DNA from: an uncultured Bifidobacteriaceae bacterium
GTDB taxonomy: Bacteria > Verrucomicrobiota > Verrucomicrobiia > Limisphaerales > UBA11358
Length of the DNA: 64,000 nucleotides
NCBI GenBank assembly: GCA_964532525.1
Contig: CAZHIM010000001.1
Location: forward strand, 274,530 to 338,529
Direction: 5' to 3'
Shown here: in pieces, positions 46,608 through 56,292 of the stretch
Layout: the number at the start of each line of letters is the position of its first letter
Numbering within the stretch: the stretch's first letter is position 1
Translations under genes and position numbers: made by a program
The notes under the pieces: model-generated
What the model saw: the letters and a program-made list of their open reading frames with translations, nothing else
Databases searched by the model: none
Told to the model about the DNA's origin: nothing

Positions 46608-47792
46608 TCAGAAACTTCTTGGTCGGCTCCCGGCGGCCGTGCGCAGCAGCCCATCCAGCGCCGCGCGCAATACTTCCGGACCGTAGCGCGCATGCACCGC
46701 CGGCGCCGCCGTCTGGCGCCACGCCCCGGCCCGGACGACCTGTTGCAGGGTGCGGGCGATCGTTTCGGGCGTGTTCTCGGGCATCCAGGTCACGCCGGCG
46801 GCCAGGTCCGGCTCCATCGCGCCCATCGGTGTAGAGATCACATGCGCCCCCGCCGCGAGGTACTCGATGATTTTAAAGGCGAAGACGTTTCCCGGCTGCC
46901 GGCTCAGGTCGTGCGGGTTGATGCAAATTTTCGCCCGGGACATCAGCTCCGCCAATTCCTCCATGCCGACGGTGCCGTGGAAGATGATGCCCGGATTTCC
47001 CGCGGCGAGCTGCTTCAGCCTCGCGGTTTCCTCGCCCTCGCCGGTGACATGCAGCTCCCAGCCCGCCAGCTGCGCGCGCGGCCAAGCCTGGATGAGCGAC
47101 GCGATGCCCTTGGTGCGGTAATGCGTGCCGGAGAAGAGCACCCAGTCCTTTTTTTCCGTCTCCGGCTTGCCGCTCGCGCGAAGAATTTCCTCCGCCACCA
47201 CGCCGCGGACGAGCAGTTGCGGCGCGCCGGCGGGCAACTGGGCCAGCAGATGCGGCGAGCACGCCAGGCCGCCCGCCACGGCGGCGAGCACCCGGTGCGC
47301 GCGTTGCACGTAGCCGGGCCGGAGCCCCGCGTTGGTCCGGCCGTCCACGTCCAAAAATGCGTCGTCCTCGTACTCCAGCACCACCGGCAGCCCAAATTCT
47401 TTCAGGGCCGCTTCGGCGCACATCACCTGCGGCACTTTCAAGTTGTAAATCAGGACCAAGTCGAAAGGCGCCTCGCGGTGCCGCCGCGCAAACAGCGCGC
47501 GCAGCCGGTTCCCCTGCCAAACGCCGTTGAGATACCGCACCGGCAGCGCGGACGAATAATTCACCGGCACGTCGGGATGGAACCGCACCGGTTCGCTGAA
47601 CGCCGGATAATATTTCAGCCCCAGCTCCACCACTTCCCCCTGCGAGAAAATCTCCACCTGGTGGCCGGCGGCGCACAGCAGCCGCGCGATGACCTCCATC
47701 TTGCCGGAGCCCGCGAGACTCCGGTTCAACGTGATGGGCCGCCGCGCGCCGAGCGTGCGGCCTTGATAGGGGGCGAGATAGGCGATGCGCAT
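46608..47792 (-). CDS. GT-B fold glycosyltransferase (family 4/1)
   Basis: 394 aa. The C-terminal half reads VLFSGTHYRTKGI...GWELHVTGEGEE...NPHDL...FAFKIIEYLAAGAHVISTPMG. Confidence 0.75.
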   Translation of the reverse strand: MRIAYLAPYQGRTLGARRPITLNRSLAGSGKMEVIARLLCAAGHQVEIFSQGEVVELGLKYYPAFSEPVRFHPDVPVNYSSALPVRYLNGVWQGNRLRALFARRHREAPFDLVLIYNLKVPQVMCAEAALKEFGLPVVLEYEDDAFLDVDGRTNAGLRPGYVQRAHRVLAAVAGGLACSPHLLAQLPAGAPQLLVRGVVAEEILRASGKPETEKKDWVLFSGTHYRTKGIASLIQAWPRAQLAGWELHVTGEGEETARLKQLAAGNPGIIFHGTVGMEELAELMSRAKICINPHDLSRQPGNVFAFKIIEYLAAGAHVISTPMGAMEPDLAAGVTWMPENTPETIARTLQQVVRAGAWRQTAAPAVHARYGPEVLRAALDGLLRTAAGSRPRSF

Positions 47793-47795
47793 GAA

Positions 47796-48983
47796 TCAGA
47801 CGGGGGCCAGGCGTTGATAGACGGCAGTGGTCAGCCGCGCCACTTCGTTCCACGAATGATGCTCGCGAGCATACGCGCGGATGTCCTCGCGCCGCTCCGC
47901 CAGGCGGGCAAACAATTCGCCGCCAAAATAGGTCTCGATCGCGCGCACCAGCCCCGCGGCGTCGCGCGGCGGAAAGACATAACCGGTGCGGCCCTCGACA
48001 ATTTCCTCCCGGAGCGAGCCGACGTCCGCGGCGATGGCCGGCAGGCCGAAATTATAGCCAAGGAACAGAACGCCGCTCTGAAAGATGTGCGTGTAGGGCA
48101 GCACCAGGACGTCCGCCGCCTTGAAATAAATCTCCGTTTCCGCGTCCGGCACGAACTCGATCTTGAGCAGGATTTTGGCGCGGAGCGGACTGGCGTTGAT
48201 GCGTTCCAAAATGCCCGCCCAGTAATCGTCGCCGCCCTTGGGCCGGCCGGCGATGACGAGGCGGTAAGGCTCCGGGCTCCGGGCGATTTCAAAGAACGCC
48301 TCGACGAGATATTCCAGTCCCTTGTAGGGTGCTATGTTGCCGAAAAACAAGAGCACCCGGTCTTGTGCGCCCAGGCCCAGCCGCGCCCGCGCCGCCGCGC
48401 CGGTCAGCGCGGTGTCCGGCACGGTGCTGTTGAGCCCGAAGGGAATCACCGTGGTCCGCTCCGCCGGGACGCCGTATTGGGACACGAGCTCGGCGCGCAT
48501 CTTTTCCGTGTGCAGAAAAATATGATCGCACCGCCGATACTGGAATTTCAGCGTGGCGCGGTTGAACGCGGAATCCCCGCCGTCCCGCTCGCGGGCGTTC
48601 ACATTGTGGACGGTGAAGACGATTTTTCTGCCGCGCAACCGGTAGAGCAGCATCAGCGCCGTGCGGTCAAACCACTCGAATTTGTTGTTCCACAAAATGT
48701 GAAAGATTTTCGGCCGGGCGGTGCCGGCGTAGGCAATCAGCCGCGCATAGTAGGCCAGCACGCGGATGATCTTCGCGGGCAGGCCGGCCGCCACGCGCTG
48801 GTCGCCCCGCAAATTCAGGAACCGGATCTGCGGGGCGCCGTGCAGCTCCGGTCCGTCCACCTCGTCGCTGCCCACGAAATCGAGCCGCGTGCCGGCGGCC
48901 GCCAGCGCCGCCGCCAGGCCCAGCGCGTACGGCCGGTCGCGCCCGGCGGTGAGCAGGCTGACTTGCGGGGCGGGCGGGTTCAT
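47796..48983 (-). CDS. Family 4 glycosyltransferase
   Basis: LLFFGNIAPYKGLEYLVEAF...YRLVIAGRP...ADVLVLPYTHIFQSGVLFLGYNFGLPAIAADVGSLREEIVEGRTGYVF. The ATG at 48983 overlaps the upstream stop (ATGA). Confidence 0.85.
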   Translation of the reverse strand: MNPPAPQVSLLTAGRDRPYALGLAAALAAAGTRLDFVGSDEVDGPELHGAPQIRFLNLRGDQRVAAGLPAKIIRVLAYYARLIAYAGTARPKIFHILWNNKFEWFDRTALMLLYRLRGRKIVFTVHNVNARERDGGDSAFNRATLKFQYRRCDHIFLHTEKMRAELVSQYGVPAERTTVIPFGLNSTVPDTALTGAAARARLGLGAQDRVLLFFGNIAPYKGLEYLVEAFFEIARSPEPYRLVIAGRPKGGDDYWAGILERINASPLRAKILLKIEFVPDAETEIYFKAADVLVLPYTHIFQSGVLFLGYNFGLPAIAADVGSLREEIVEGRTGYVFPPRDAAGLVRAIETYFGGELFARLAERREDIRAYAREHHSWNEVARLTTAVYQRLAPV

Positions 48984-49855
48984 CGCAGTTGCTTCACCAC
49001 GGCGGCGAGGACTTCTTCCACCGGAATCGCCCGGCTGGCGCGCTCGTCGGCGCCGCGCTGGAAGAAATACTGCGCCAGCAGCGGCGAGGTGATTTGCCGC
49101 TGGATGCCGTACGGGTAAATCTCCCACGGGCTCGTGCAGGTGAACAGCGTCACGCAGCGCGTCCCGGCCGCCAGCGCCAGGTGCATCGGCAGGCTGTCGC
49201 CGCTCACCAGGCAGCGGTGGTTCCGGATGTCGCCGAGATGTTCGAGCAGGCTGGCCCGCTCGGGCAGCACGTTCACCTTCAGGCCGCGGGCTTCCAGCGC
49301 GCTCTGGAGCTCGGGATAAAACGCCCAGTTCTTCATCGGCCAGACGGATCCCGCCCGCGGCGCGATGGCCACGTCGCCCGCCAGCCCGGTCTTCGCCGGC
49401 GCGGGCACCAGATATTTCTCGCCTTTGAACTTCAGCCCGAGCCCGGAGAAAATGAGATCCTGGTACGTGCGGCGGTTTTCCAGCTTCAGCTTGTCCGCCG
49501 CGGCCCGGCCAAACCGGCTGATGAGGCTCAGATCAAACCAGCCGCGCGAATCCTCGGTGTAGGTGGGCCCCCCGTTGGCCGCCCGGGCGCCGAACAGCCG
49601 CTTGAATTTCAGCTCCGCCACAAATTGCGCCGCGTCGGACGAATCCTCCAAATTGATCACGAGATCATATTCGCGGTCGGCAAACCGCGCGCGCTCCTCC
49701 CAGGCGGCGCTCCGCAACGTGCGGGCGATGCCCGCCAGCAGCGGCGCGTTCTTCGCCGCGGTCACCCACGAGACTTCGCCGGCCAGGTGCCGCAGCAGCG
49801 GCGTCGTGCGCACCACGTCGCCCGCGGCGGCGAGTTTGAGGATCAGCGTATTCAT
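48980..49855 (-). CDS. Family 9 glycosyltransferase (heptosyltransferase-like)
   Basis: MNTLILKLAAAGDVVRTTPLL...LVSGDSLPMHLALAAGTRCVTLFTCTSP. Confidence 0.75.
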   Translation of the reverse strand: MNTLILKLAAAGDVVRTTPLLRHLAGEVSWVTAAKNAPLLAGIARTLRSAAWEERARFADREYDLVINLEDSSDAAQFVAELKFKRLFGARAANGGPTYTEDSRGWFDLSLISRFGRAAADKLKLENRRTYQDLIFSGLGLKFKGEKYLVPAPAKTGLAGDVAIAPRAGSVWPMKNWAFYPELQSALEARGLKVNVLPERASLLEHLGDIRNHRCLVSGDSLPMHLALAAGTRCVTLFTCTSPWEIYPYGIQRQITSPLLAQYFFQRGADERASRAIPVEEVLAAVVKQLR

Positions 49856-49856
49856 G

Positions 49857-51695
49857 TCAGATTTCCAGCCGCCGCGGCAGGTCGCGAAAGAGCTGGCGCT
49901 GGACCGATTCCAGTGTGAGCACCGCGTTGATTTCCGCCGGAAAGTCCCGCCCGCCCGAAACGTGCGCGCGCGCCATCTGCCCGAGCGCGCCGGCATCCCA
50001 AAACCCGCCCGTCATGACCTGTGCGGCGGCGATTTTGCGAACGAGATACGGCGCCAGGGCGCCCCGCAACCAGGTGCCATATTTCAAAAACTTGTGCAGC
50101 CCCGCAATCCCCAGCGCGCCGACCACCGGTTTGAACACCGGATTCAACAGCCGCAGCCGCCGCGGCAAACCCGCGTCGCTGTAATAATCCAGCTTGAACG
50201 TCAGCTCGGCGAGCGCGCGATGAATGAACACCTCCGGGTCCCACCGGTCGCTGATGAACCCGCGATCGGTGGAAATCCGGTCCAGCGCCGGGCTGCACGC
50301 CTTGATGAGCCGGATCACCGGCAGCGCCGATTTTTGCAGGTTCACCGGGCATTGATACGCCAGCGCCACCAGGTCGTTGTCGAGATACGGCGTGCGGAAA
50401 GTCACCTGCGAACGGCCCGCCGCCAGGCTGCCGAACAGGCTCAGCGGCACTTCCTGGAAGGCGGCGAAGGTCTGCGGCTGGCCTTTCCGGGCCGCGAGTT
50501 CGCCGGCGGCCGCGTTGACCGCGGGCAGAAAATCGCGCGCAAGGATGGCGGGCGCCAGCCTGGCCGGCTTGAACGTGGAGACCCCGCGGAAAATTTCGCC
50601 GCCGTAATTGCCCGTCAGGCGCACGGCCGCCAGCGCCCGCGCCTGGCGGTTAAAATAAATTTCGTGCGCCCCCAAAATCCCGAAACACCCGTCGCTGATA
50701 TACACCGCCCGGTCGGCGTGCGCCGCGAAATCGTCGAAAAAGTCCGGTCCCAGCCGCAGACGGTGGTGTTCGAGCCCGCAGGCGGCGGCCACGCGCCCGG
50801 CCACGCGGTCGTCCAGCGTTTCGCCGGCCGGGCCGGTGAACGTGTAGGTCACTTCGCGCCGCGCGTCGTGCGAGTGACCGGCCATGATGGCGCGGCTGTC
50901 CAGCCCGCCGGTCAGCGAGATTCCCACCTTGGACTCCCCGGCAAAATAGCGCGGCAGGATCCGCCGGAACACCGCGGCGAATGCCGCCTGGTAATCCGGC
51001 GCGGACAGTTTCGGCAGCGCCTCCCACGCCTGGGGCGAGAAATATTGCCCGCGCCGCACGGCCCCGGCCTCAAAGCTCCACCGCGCGCCGCCGGGCAGCA
51101 ACTGGACCCCGCGGAACAGCGTCCGGTTCCCCAGCGGGCAGCCGGCCCCCAGGAATTGCGCCACGCCTTCGCGGTCGAATTCCCGCAGCTCGGGCAGCAC
51201 GCGGAGCAGCGCCTTGGCCTCGCTCGCAAAATAAAACGCCCCGCCCGCCTCGTGCCAATAGATGCGCTCCACGCCGTAACGGTCGTTGAACAGGATCACG
51301 CGCCCGCGCCGCCGGTCAATCAGCAGGCCGCTGAACAGGCCGTTGAGCCCTTCAAAAAACGCTTCGCCCCGTTCCTCGTACCGCTCCACGAGCCGGGCGC
51401 CGGCCGCCGCGCCCGGTTCCGGCGCCGCCGGATTGTGGCGGGCCCCCGGCGCAGCGTCCGAAAAGCATTCGCCGGCGAAAAGCAGGGCGATGTCCTGTTG
51501 CGGATTTTGGAACACCTGGCCGGCGGCAAACGAATGCTCGTGCGCCACCCACCCGGCGGCCACGCCCAGCTCCGGCGCGGCGAAACTCCCGGTGGTGTAA
51601 AAACTCTCGTGGCGCATGGCGGCGACCATCGTTTTCACGATGCGCGCATCGTCGCCGGCCGGGTTGCGGCTGATGACTCCGACGATTCCGGGCAT
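49857..51695 (-). CDS. Asparagine synthetase (AsnB)-family protein lacking the N-terminal Cys nucleophile
   Basis: It starts MPGIVGVIS instead of MCGI. An in-frame TAA lies 13 codons upstream with no alternative start between. The synthetase PP-loop is ISLTGGLDSRAI. 612 aa. Confidence 0.8.
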   Translation of the reverse strand: MPGIVGVISRNPAGDDARIVKTMVAAMRHESFYTTGSFAAPELGVAAGWVAHEHSFAAGQVFQNPQQDIALLFAGECFSDAAPGARHNPAAPEPGAAAGARLVERYEERGEAFFEGLNGLFSGLLIDRRRGRVILFNDRYGVERIYWHEAGGAFYFASEAKALLRVLPELREFDREGVAQFLGAGCPLGNRTLFRGVQLLPGGARWSFEAGAVRRGQYFSPQAWEALPKLSAPDYQAAFAAVFRRILPRYFAGESKVGISLTGGLDSRAIMAGHSHDARREVTYTFTGPAGETLDDRVAGRVAAACGLEHHRLRLGPDFFDDFAAHADRAVYISDGCFGILGAHEIYFNRQARALAAVRLTGNYGGEIFRGVSTFKPARLAPAILARDFLPAVNAAAGELAARKGQPQTFAAFQEVPLSLFGSLAAGRSQVTFRTPYLDNDLVALAYQCPVNLQKSALPVIRLIKACSPALDRISTDRGFISDRWDPEVFIHRALAELTFKLDYYSDAGLPRRLRLLNPVFKPVVGALGIAGLHKFLKYGTWLRGALAPYLVRKIAAAQVMTGGFWDAGALGQMARAHVSGGRDFPAEINAVLTLESVQRQLFRDLPRRLEI

Positions 51696-51959
51696 TAAAC
51701 TTGGGTTCTCAAAAGTTGGAGCCGGCGGGAGGAATTAAACACTCCATCGGCCAGATACAATCTGGCTGCTCTGACGTTAAGCTACACCGGCGACAAGGCT
51801 GCAAACTCTAATTCATTCCATTAAAAGGTAAAGTGCATTTCATCCGCCGCGAAATCTCGGCATGGTTCTTATGCCGCCAACAAAAACGGGGGCAGACTTC
51901 GCCGAGACGCTGGGAGCGTTTCTCCCTCTCCGCGTCGGCGGAGTCTGCGGAGCCGATGG

Positions 51960-52105
51960 GGAGAGAATTCCCCGAACGTGTTCGCGCATTGAACCCCTGA
52001 ACCGGGTTAGATCCAGTGCGAGCATATTGCCCAGACGCGGAAACGAGTTCTCCCTCTCCCCGGGGGAGAGGGCCGGGGTGAGGGTAAGCGTTAAACTGTT
52101 TAGCT
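51960..52105 (+). repeat. Dispersed repeat family 2, copy A
   Basis: AATTCCCCGAAcgtGTTCGCGCATTGAACCCCTGAACCG (51965-52003) and GAGGGTAAGCGTTAAACTGTTTAGC (about 52079-52103) are shared with 59648-59823. An internal palindrome, CTCTCCCCGGGGGAGAG, is present. Confidence 0.65.
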
Positions 52106-52204
52106 CACGGTGTTTCCAGTCCTTCACAGCTTTAGATTTGGCGCGGAGGTTCATGGAAAGAGCCGGGGTGAGGTGCCCGTTTGACCATCTTTTCTGTCAT
52201 GAAT

Positions 52205-53176
52205 TCACTCCTCTTTTGCCGTGGCCAACCCGCCGGTTTCGGCCTTGGTTTTGGACGCATAGAGCAGCCCGCGGAGCTTCAACAGCGCCGTCAGCACCGG
52301 CCCGGGCAACAGGCCCACCACCCCGCGATACAGCCGGAGCCCCACGTAAATCCGTCCCTTCCACGTCAGCGGGACATAGTAGCGCGGAAATTTGAGCGGC
52401 TCGAAACCGTTGCGGCGCTTGAATTCCACCAGCGAGCTGTCCTTTTTGTTCCCGTAAACGTAGTTGCCATAGACGAAATACTGCATGCCTTTTTGGGCGC
52501 AAATCTCCACGGCCTTGGTGATGAGCGCATTCAGCGGCCGTTTGTCGTAATGCGCGTTGAGCGCCAAAATGTGCAGGATCACCGCCAGCCGCCCCACGTA
52601 CACCATCTTGATGAACCCGATGAGCTCGTCCTCGAAATACGCGCCCACGAATTCGCTCCGCTCCAGATAGGTGCCGTGTTCGCGCTTGATGGTCGCGAAA
52701 TCCTTGCCGTAATGCCAGAAGGGCTTGCCCTGGCGCACCGGCGATTCGTTGCACAGCTTGTGAATGCCCCGCGCCAGCGCGTCGTCGTAGGGCACGGACT
52801 TCACCACCACGCCCCGCTTGGCGGCCCGGCGCGTGTTCTTGCGCGCTTCCTGCGGCAGCTTGTCCCACCAGGCGTCGAAATCCGTCGTGTCCACCACCGC
52901 GTAATTGTCCCAGTCGTAGTGGAAGGGAAATTTCGGCGTCACGTCCGGCGGCCGCTGGAAAAACGTCAGCACGTCCGCCCGCAGCCCGCTTTGCCTGAGC
53001 CCGGCAATGAACGCCGGCGGATCGGTCACCAGCCCCCCTTCGGCCACCACGTCGTCGAAAATCGCCGCCGTCTTGATCCAGCCGCCCGTGGCCACGACGA
53101 TATTGCCGCCGACCTCCGCCGCCGGCACAAGGGAGGTTTTGCCATGGACCCGCACTTCAACCTGTTTCAAAGCCAT
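52205..53176 (-). CDS. FemAB-like / GNAT (Acetyltransf_6-type) protein typical of exosortase-linked EPS loci
   Basis: The ATG at 53176 is preceded by GGAGAATT. RRAAKRGVVVKSVPYDDALARGIHKLCNESPVRQGKPFWHYGKDFATIKREH...FIKMVYVGRLAVILHILALNAHYDKRPLNALI. Confidence 0.6.
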   Translation of the reverse strand: MALKQVEVRVHGKTSLVPAAEVGGNIVVATGGWIKTAAIFDDVVAEGGLVTDPPAFIAGLRQSGLRADVLTFFQRPPDVTPKFPFHYDWDNYAVVDTTDFDAWWDKLPQEARKNTRRAAKRGVVVKSVPYDDALARGIHKLCNESPVRQGKPFWHYGKDFATIKREHGTYLERSEFVGAYFEDELIGFIKMVYVGRLAVILHILALNAHYDKRPLNALITKAVEICAQKGMQYFVYGNYVYGNKKDSSLVEFKRRNGFEPLKFPRYYVPLTWKGRIYVGLRLYRGVVGLLPGPVLTALLKLRGLLYASKTKAETGGLATAKEE

Positions 53177-53190
53177 AATTCTCCGGGAAA

Positions 53191-55059
53191 TCACCCCGCC
53201 GATTTGGCGGTGCGCAGCCACTGCTCGAACATCACCAGGCTGAAGAGCAGCTTGTGGTTGTCCTGCCGCCGCGACTGGTGCTCGGCCAGGAGCTGTTTGA
53301 CCGGCTCCGGCCGCAGCCACTCGTATATCAGCGAGTGGCTGTCGAGCAGGAGCCCGGCCATCTGGCCCGTGGCCGCCACATTGAACCAGTCGTCCACCAC
53401 GTTGACGGCGAAACCGCGCTTCTTGCGCTTGAGAATTTGCGGCGGCAGGAATTTTTCGCAGACCCGGCGGTGCAGCCATTTCCGCTCGCCGCGCCGCACC
53501 TTGAAACGGGCGCCGAGCCGCTGGGCGTATTCCACCACTGTCCGGTCCAGGTAGGGCACCCGCGCCTCGAGGCCGTGCGCCATCGAAAGCTTGTCCGCGT
53601 ACATGAGCAGCTCGTCCGGCAGGGAGGAGCGGATTTCCAGCAGGGAAAAGCCGCCGAGTTCGTCCAGTTGCTCCATTTGCGGCGCCAGGGACTGCCAGTA
53701 ATCCACCAGCCCGGACGCCGGCGCCAGGCCGTCGCGGAACAGCCCGTTCACCGCCTCGCCCGGCACGAGGGAAAAGACATTCTGATAGCGTTCCAGCCGG
53801 TCGGCGGCGCCGAGCGACTGCACCCCGCGCTTCAAGGTCTCGTTGCGCGGCAACCGGGCCACCAGCGACGCGGTGAGCGCCCGCACCCCTCCGGGCAGCC
53901 CGCGCCAGAAACCGCCGTAATGCACGCCCAGATGGCGCTTGTAGCCGCCAAACAATTCGTCCGGCCCCTGCCCGATCAGCGCCACTTTCACGTCCCGCCG
54001 CGCCCGCTGGCAGATGAAATACATCGGCACCACCGACGACGCGGCGATGGGCTCCTCCAAATACCGCACGATGTTCGGCAGCGCCTTCTCGAATTCCGCC
54101 TGGTTCAGCATCACTTGGTGATGCCGCGCGCCCAGAATCGCCGCCGTTTCCGCCGCGTCCACCAGCTCGTCATCCGCGAACTTTTTCCCGTAGCCCACCG
54201 TGTACGCCGGCCAGTCGTGTCCGCACTCGTTCATCAGCGCCAGCAACAGGCCGGAATCCAGCCCGCCGCTCAAAAGAATTCCCACCGGCACATCCGCGAG
54301 CAAATGCCGCTTCACCGCGGCCCGGTAGAGCCGCGTTAATTCCTCTATGGCGGCGGCGTCCGTGGGCGGCGGCGCAAACGGCTCCGGCCGGAAATTGTAC
54401 CAGCGCTCCTCGCGGCAGTTGCCGTCTTCCACGATCAACATCGTGCCCGGCGCCAGCTTGCGGACGCCCTGATAAATCGTCAGCGGCGCCGGCGTGTACC
54501 GGAACCGCAGGAACAAATTCACCGCCGCCGGGTCCACGCCCGGGCGCCCGTCGCCGGCCGCCGCCACCGGGCGGATCTCCGAGCCGAAGCTCAGTTTCCC
54601 GTCGGCGATCCGGTAGTAAATCAGCTTGATGCCCATGGCGTCGCGGGCCACGACCAGCTTCTTTTTCCGCACGTCCCAAATCGCCACGCCAAACATGCCG
54701 TTGAGGTGGTTGAAGACGTCGGTGCCCCACTGCTTGTACCCGTGGAGAATCACCTCGGTGTCCGAGCTGGTGCGGAACTGGTGCCCGCGGCCTTCCAGCT
54801 CGACCCGCAGCTCGGGGTAGTTGTAAATCTCGCCGTTGAAGACCAGCCACACGGATTCCTCGGCGTCCGCCATGGGCTGGTGCCCGCCCGCCAGGTCAAT
54901 GATGGACAGCCGCCGGAAGCCGAGCCCGAGCGAACGGTCGAAAAAGTAGCCTTCATCGTCCGGCCCGCGATGGACCATCGTCCGCGTCATCCGCCGGATG
55001 ATGTCCTGGTTCGCCGGTTCGTCGTCGGCGATCTTAATTTGTCCGCAAATTCCACACAT
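53191..55059 (-). CDS. asnB: Asparagine synthase (glutamine-hydrolysing) family amidotransferase
   Basis: MCGICGQI gives the Cys2 nucleophile. Also present are HRGPDDEG, WLVFNGEIYNY and the PP-loop GILLSGGLDSGLL. Confidence 0.9.
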   Translation of the reverse strand: MCGICGQIKIADDEPANQDIIRRMTRTMVHRGPDDEGYFFDRSLGLGFRRLSIIDLAGGHQPMADAEESVWLVFNGEIYNYPELRVELEGRGHQFRTSSDTEVILHGYKQWGTDVFNHLNGMFGVAIWDVRKKKLVVARDAMGIKLIYYRIADGKLSFGSEIRPVAAAGDGRPGVDPAAVNLFLRFRYTPAPLTIYQGVRKLAPGTMLIVEDGNCREERWYNFRPEPFAPPPTDAAAIEELTRLYRAAVKRHLLADVPVGILLSGGLDSGLLLALMNECGHDWPAYTVGYGKKFADDELVDAAETAAILGARHHQVMLNQAEFEKALPNIVRYLEEPIAASSVVPMYFICQRARRDVKVALIGQGPDELFGGYKRHLGVHYGGFWRGLPGGVRALTASLVARLPRNETLKRGVQSLGAADRLERYQNVFSLVPGEAVNGLFRDGLAPASGLVDYWQSLAPQMEQLDELGGFSLLEIRSSLPDELLMYADKLSMAHGLEARVPYLDRTVVEYAQRLGARFKVRRGERKWLHRRVCEKFLPPQILKRKKRGFAVNVVDDWFNVAATGQMAGLLLDSHSLIYEWLRPEPVKQLLAEHQSRRQDNHKLLFSLVMFEQWLRTAKSAG

Positions 55060-55068
55060 GGGTTGCTT

Positions 55069-56292
55069 TCAGGGCCGGGGGGTGTTCTCGCGCAGGTAAA
55101 ACGCCAGCGCCCGGAACATCTGCGACTGCGCCCAGCGGTGCATCGGCACGTTGTCCCAGCCGAGCTTCAATTTCCGGGAACGGAACGAGCCGTCGGGTTT
55201 CACCCAATGTTCCAGAATGCCGCCCACCACCGTCGCCAGCGTGTCGTCCAGGACCGGAAATTCCTTCCGCAGCAGCAGGCACAAATTGATGCACTCCGCG
55301 CAATCGTAAAGCTCGCATTCGTAAACCGTCAAGCGGGGCGCCCGCGAAAACGGCCGCGGCATCCCGCCGGCGCCAAACAGATTGTTCCGGTAATACTCCA
55401 CGCCCCGCGCCAGGGCCTCCCGGATGCGCGGGTCGCCATTGAGCCGATGGATCTTGGCGAGCGCCTTCATCACGAAACAGGTGTGGAAATGGTCCACAAA
55501 ATCGCGCACGCCGTCCTTGGCGTAGGGCCAGGAGCCGTCCGCGTTCTGCGCCGCGAGCACGAAATCCACATTGCCCGCCGCGATCTTAAGCCAGTCCTCG
55601 TTGCCAAAATATTTCGCGGCCGTCACCAGCATCGTGGCCCGATAGGCCGCGGCGTTCACCACCTTGAATTCCCCCGCCGGCATGTACGAGCAGGTGTTGC
55701 CGCCCCCGGCATAGGGCTGGTCCTGGATGTCCGTCACGGCGTGGCGGACGGCCGAAGCCATCATCTCCTTCCACGCGTCGGCCGGACGGAGCTGCTGGAC
55801 CTGCAGCAGCGCCTCAAAAACATAGGGCGTCGTGGTGATGAACGGCGTGTGCGCCGGCAGCACGCCGTTGCGCGTCACCCAGTCGAACGGATAGCCCCAG
55901 CAATAGTTCGCGTAGCCCGGACTCCGCGTGGCCTGCAGCACGTCCAGAAAATGCACCGCCCGGTCGAGGTACTGCGCCTGGCCCGTCGCCTCGTACAGAA
56001 AGGCAAATCCCATCGCGTAATGCGCGTCGGCGATCGGCAGGCGCATCGGCTGGTGAAACAGCCGGCGCGCGGCGGGGAAAAAGGCCTCGCAAAAAACCAT
56101 CGGCGCCACGGCCGCGATGCCGAGCCAGCGGTTGCGGTAATACAGCCCCTTCGCGCGGCGCCCAACGGGGCCCGCGAAGAACGACTGGTGATCCCAGGAG
56201 AATTCGCCGTACGCGTCGAGCCAGCGAACGAAGTTTTTCAGCGTCTCGGGAATTTTGCCGGCGGCGAGCGCCTGTTGGCTGGGGGGCTGCAT
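55069..56292 (-). CDS. Hypothetical protein, possibly (alpha/alpha)-toroid / glucuronyl C5-epimerase-like
   Basis: 407 aa. NYCWGYPFDWVTRNG, AAQNADGSWPY and repeated helical hairpin composition are present. The assignment is tentative. Confidence 0.3.
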   Translation of the reverse strand: MQPPSQQALAAGKIPETLKNFVRWLDAYGEFSWDHQSFFAGPVGRRAKGLYYRNRWLGIAAVAPMVFCEAFFPAARRLFHQPMRLPIADAHYAMGFAFLYEATGQAQYLDRAVHFLDVLQATRSPGYANYCWGYPFDWVTRNGVLPAHTPFITTTPYVFEALLQVQQLRPADAWKEMMASAVRHAVTDIQDQPYAGGGNTCSYMPAGEFKVVNAAAYRATMLVTAAKYFGNEDWLKIAAGNVDFVLAAQNADGSWPYAKDGVRDFVDHFHTCFVMKALAKIHRLNGDPRIREALARGVEYYRNNLFGAGGMPRPFSRAPRLTVYECELYDCAECINLCLLLRKEFPVLDDTLATVVGGILEHWVKPDGSFRSRKLKLGWDNVPMHRWAQSQMFRALAFYLRENTPRP

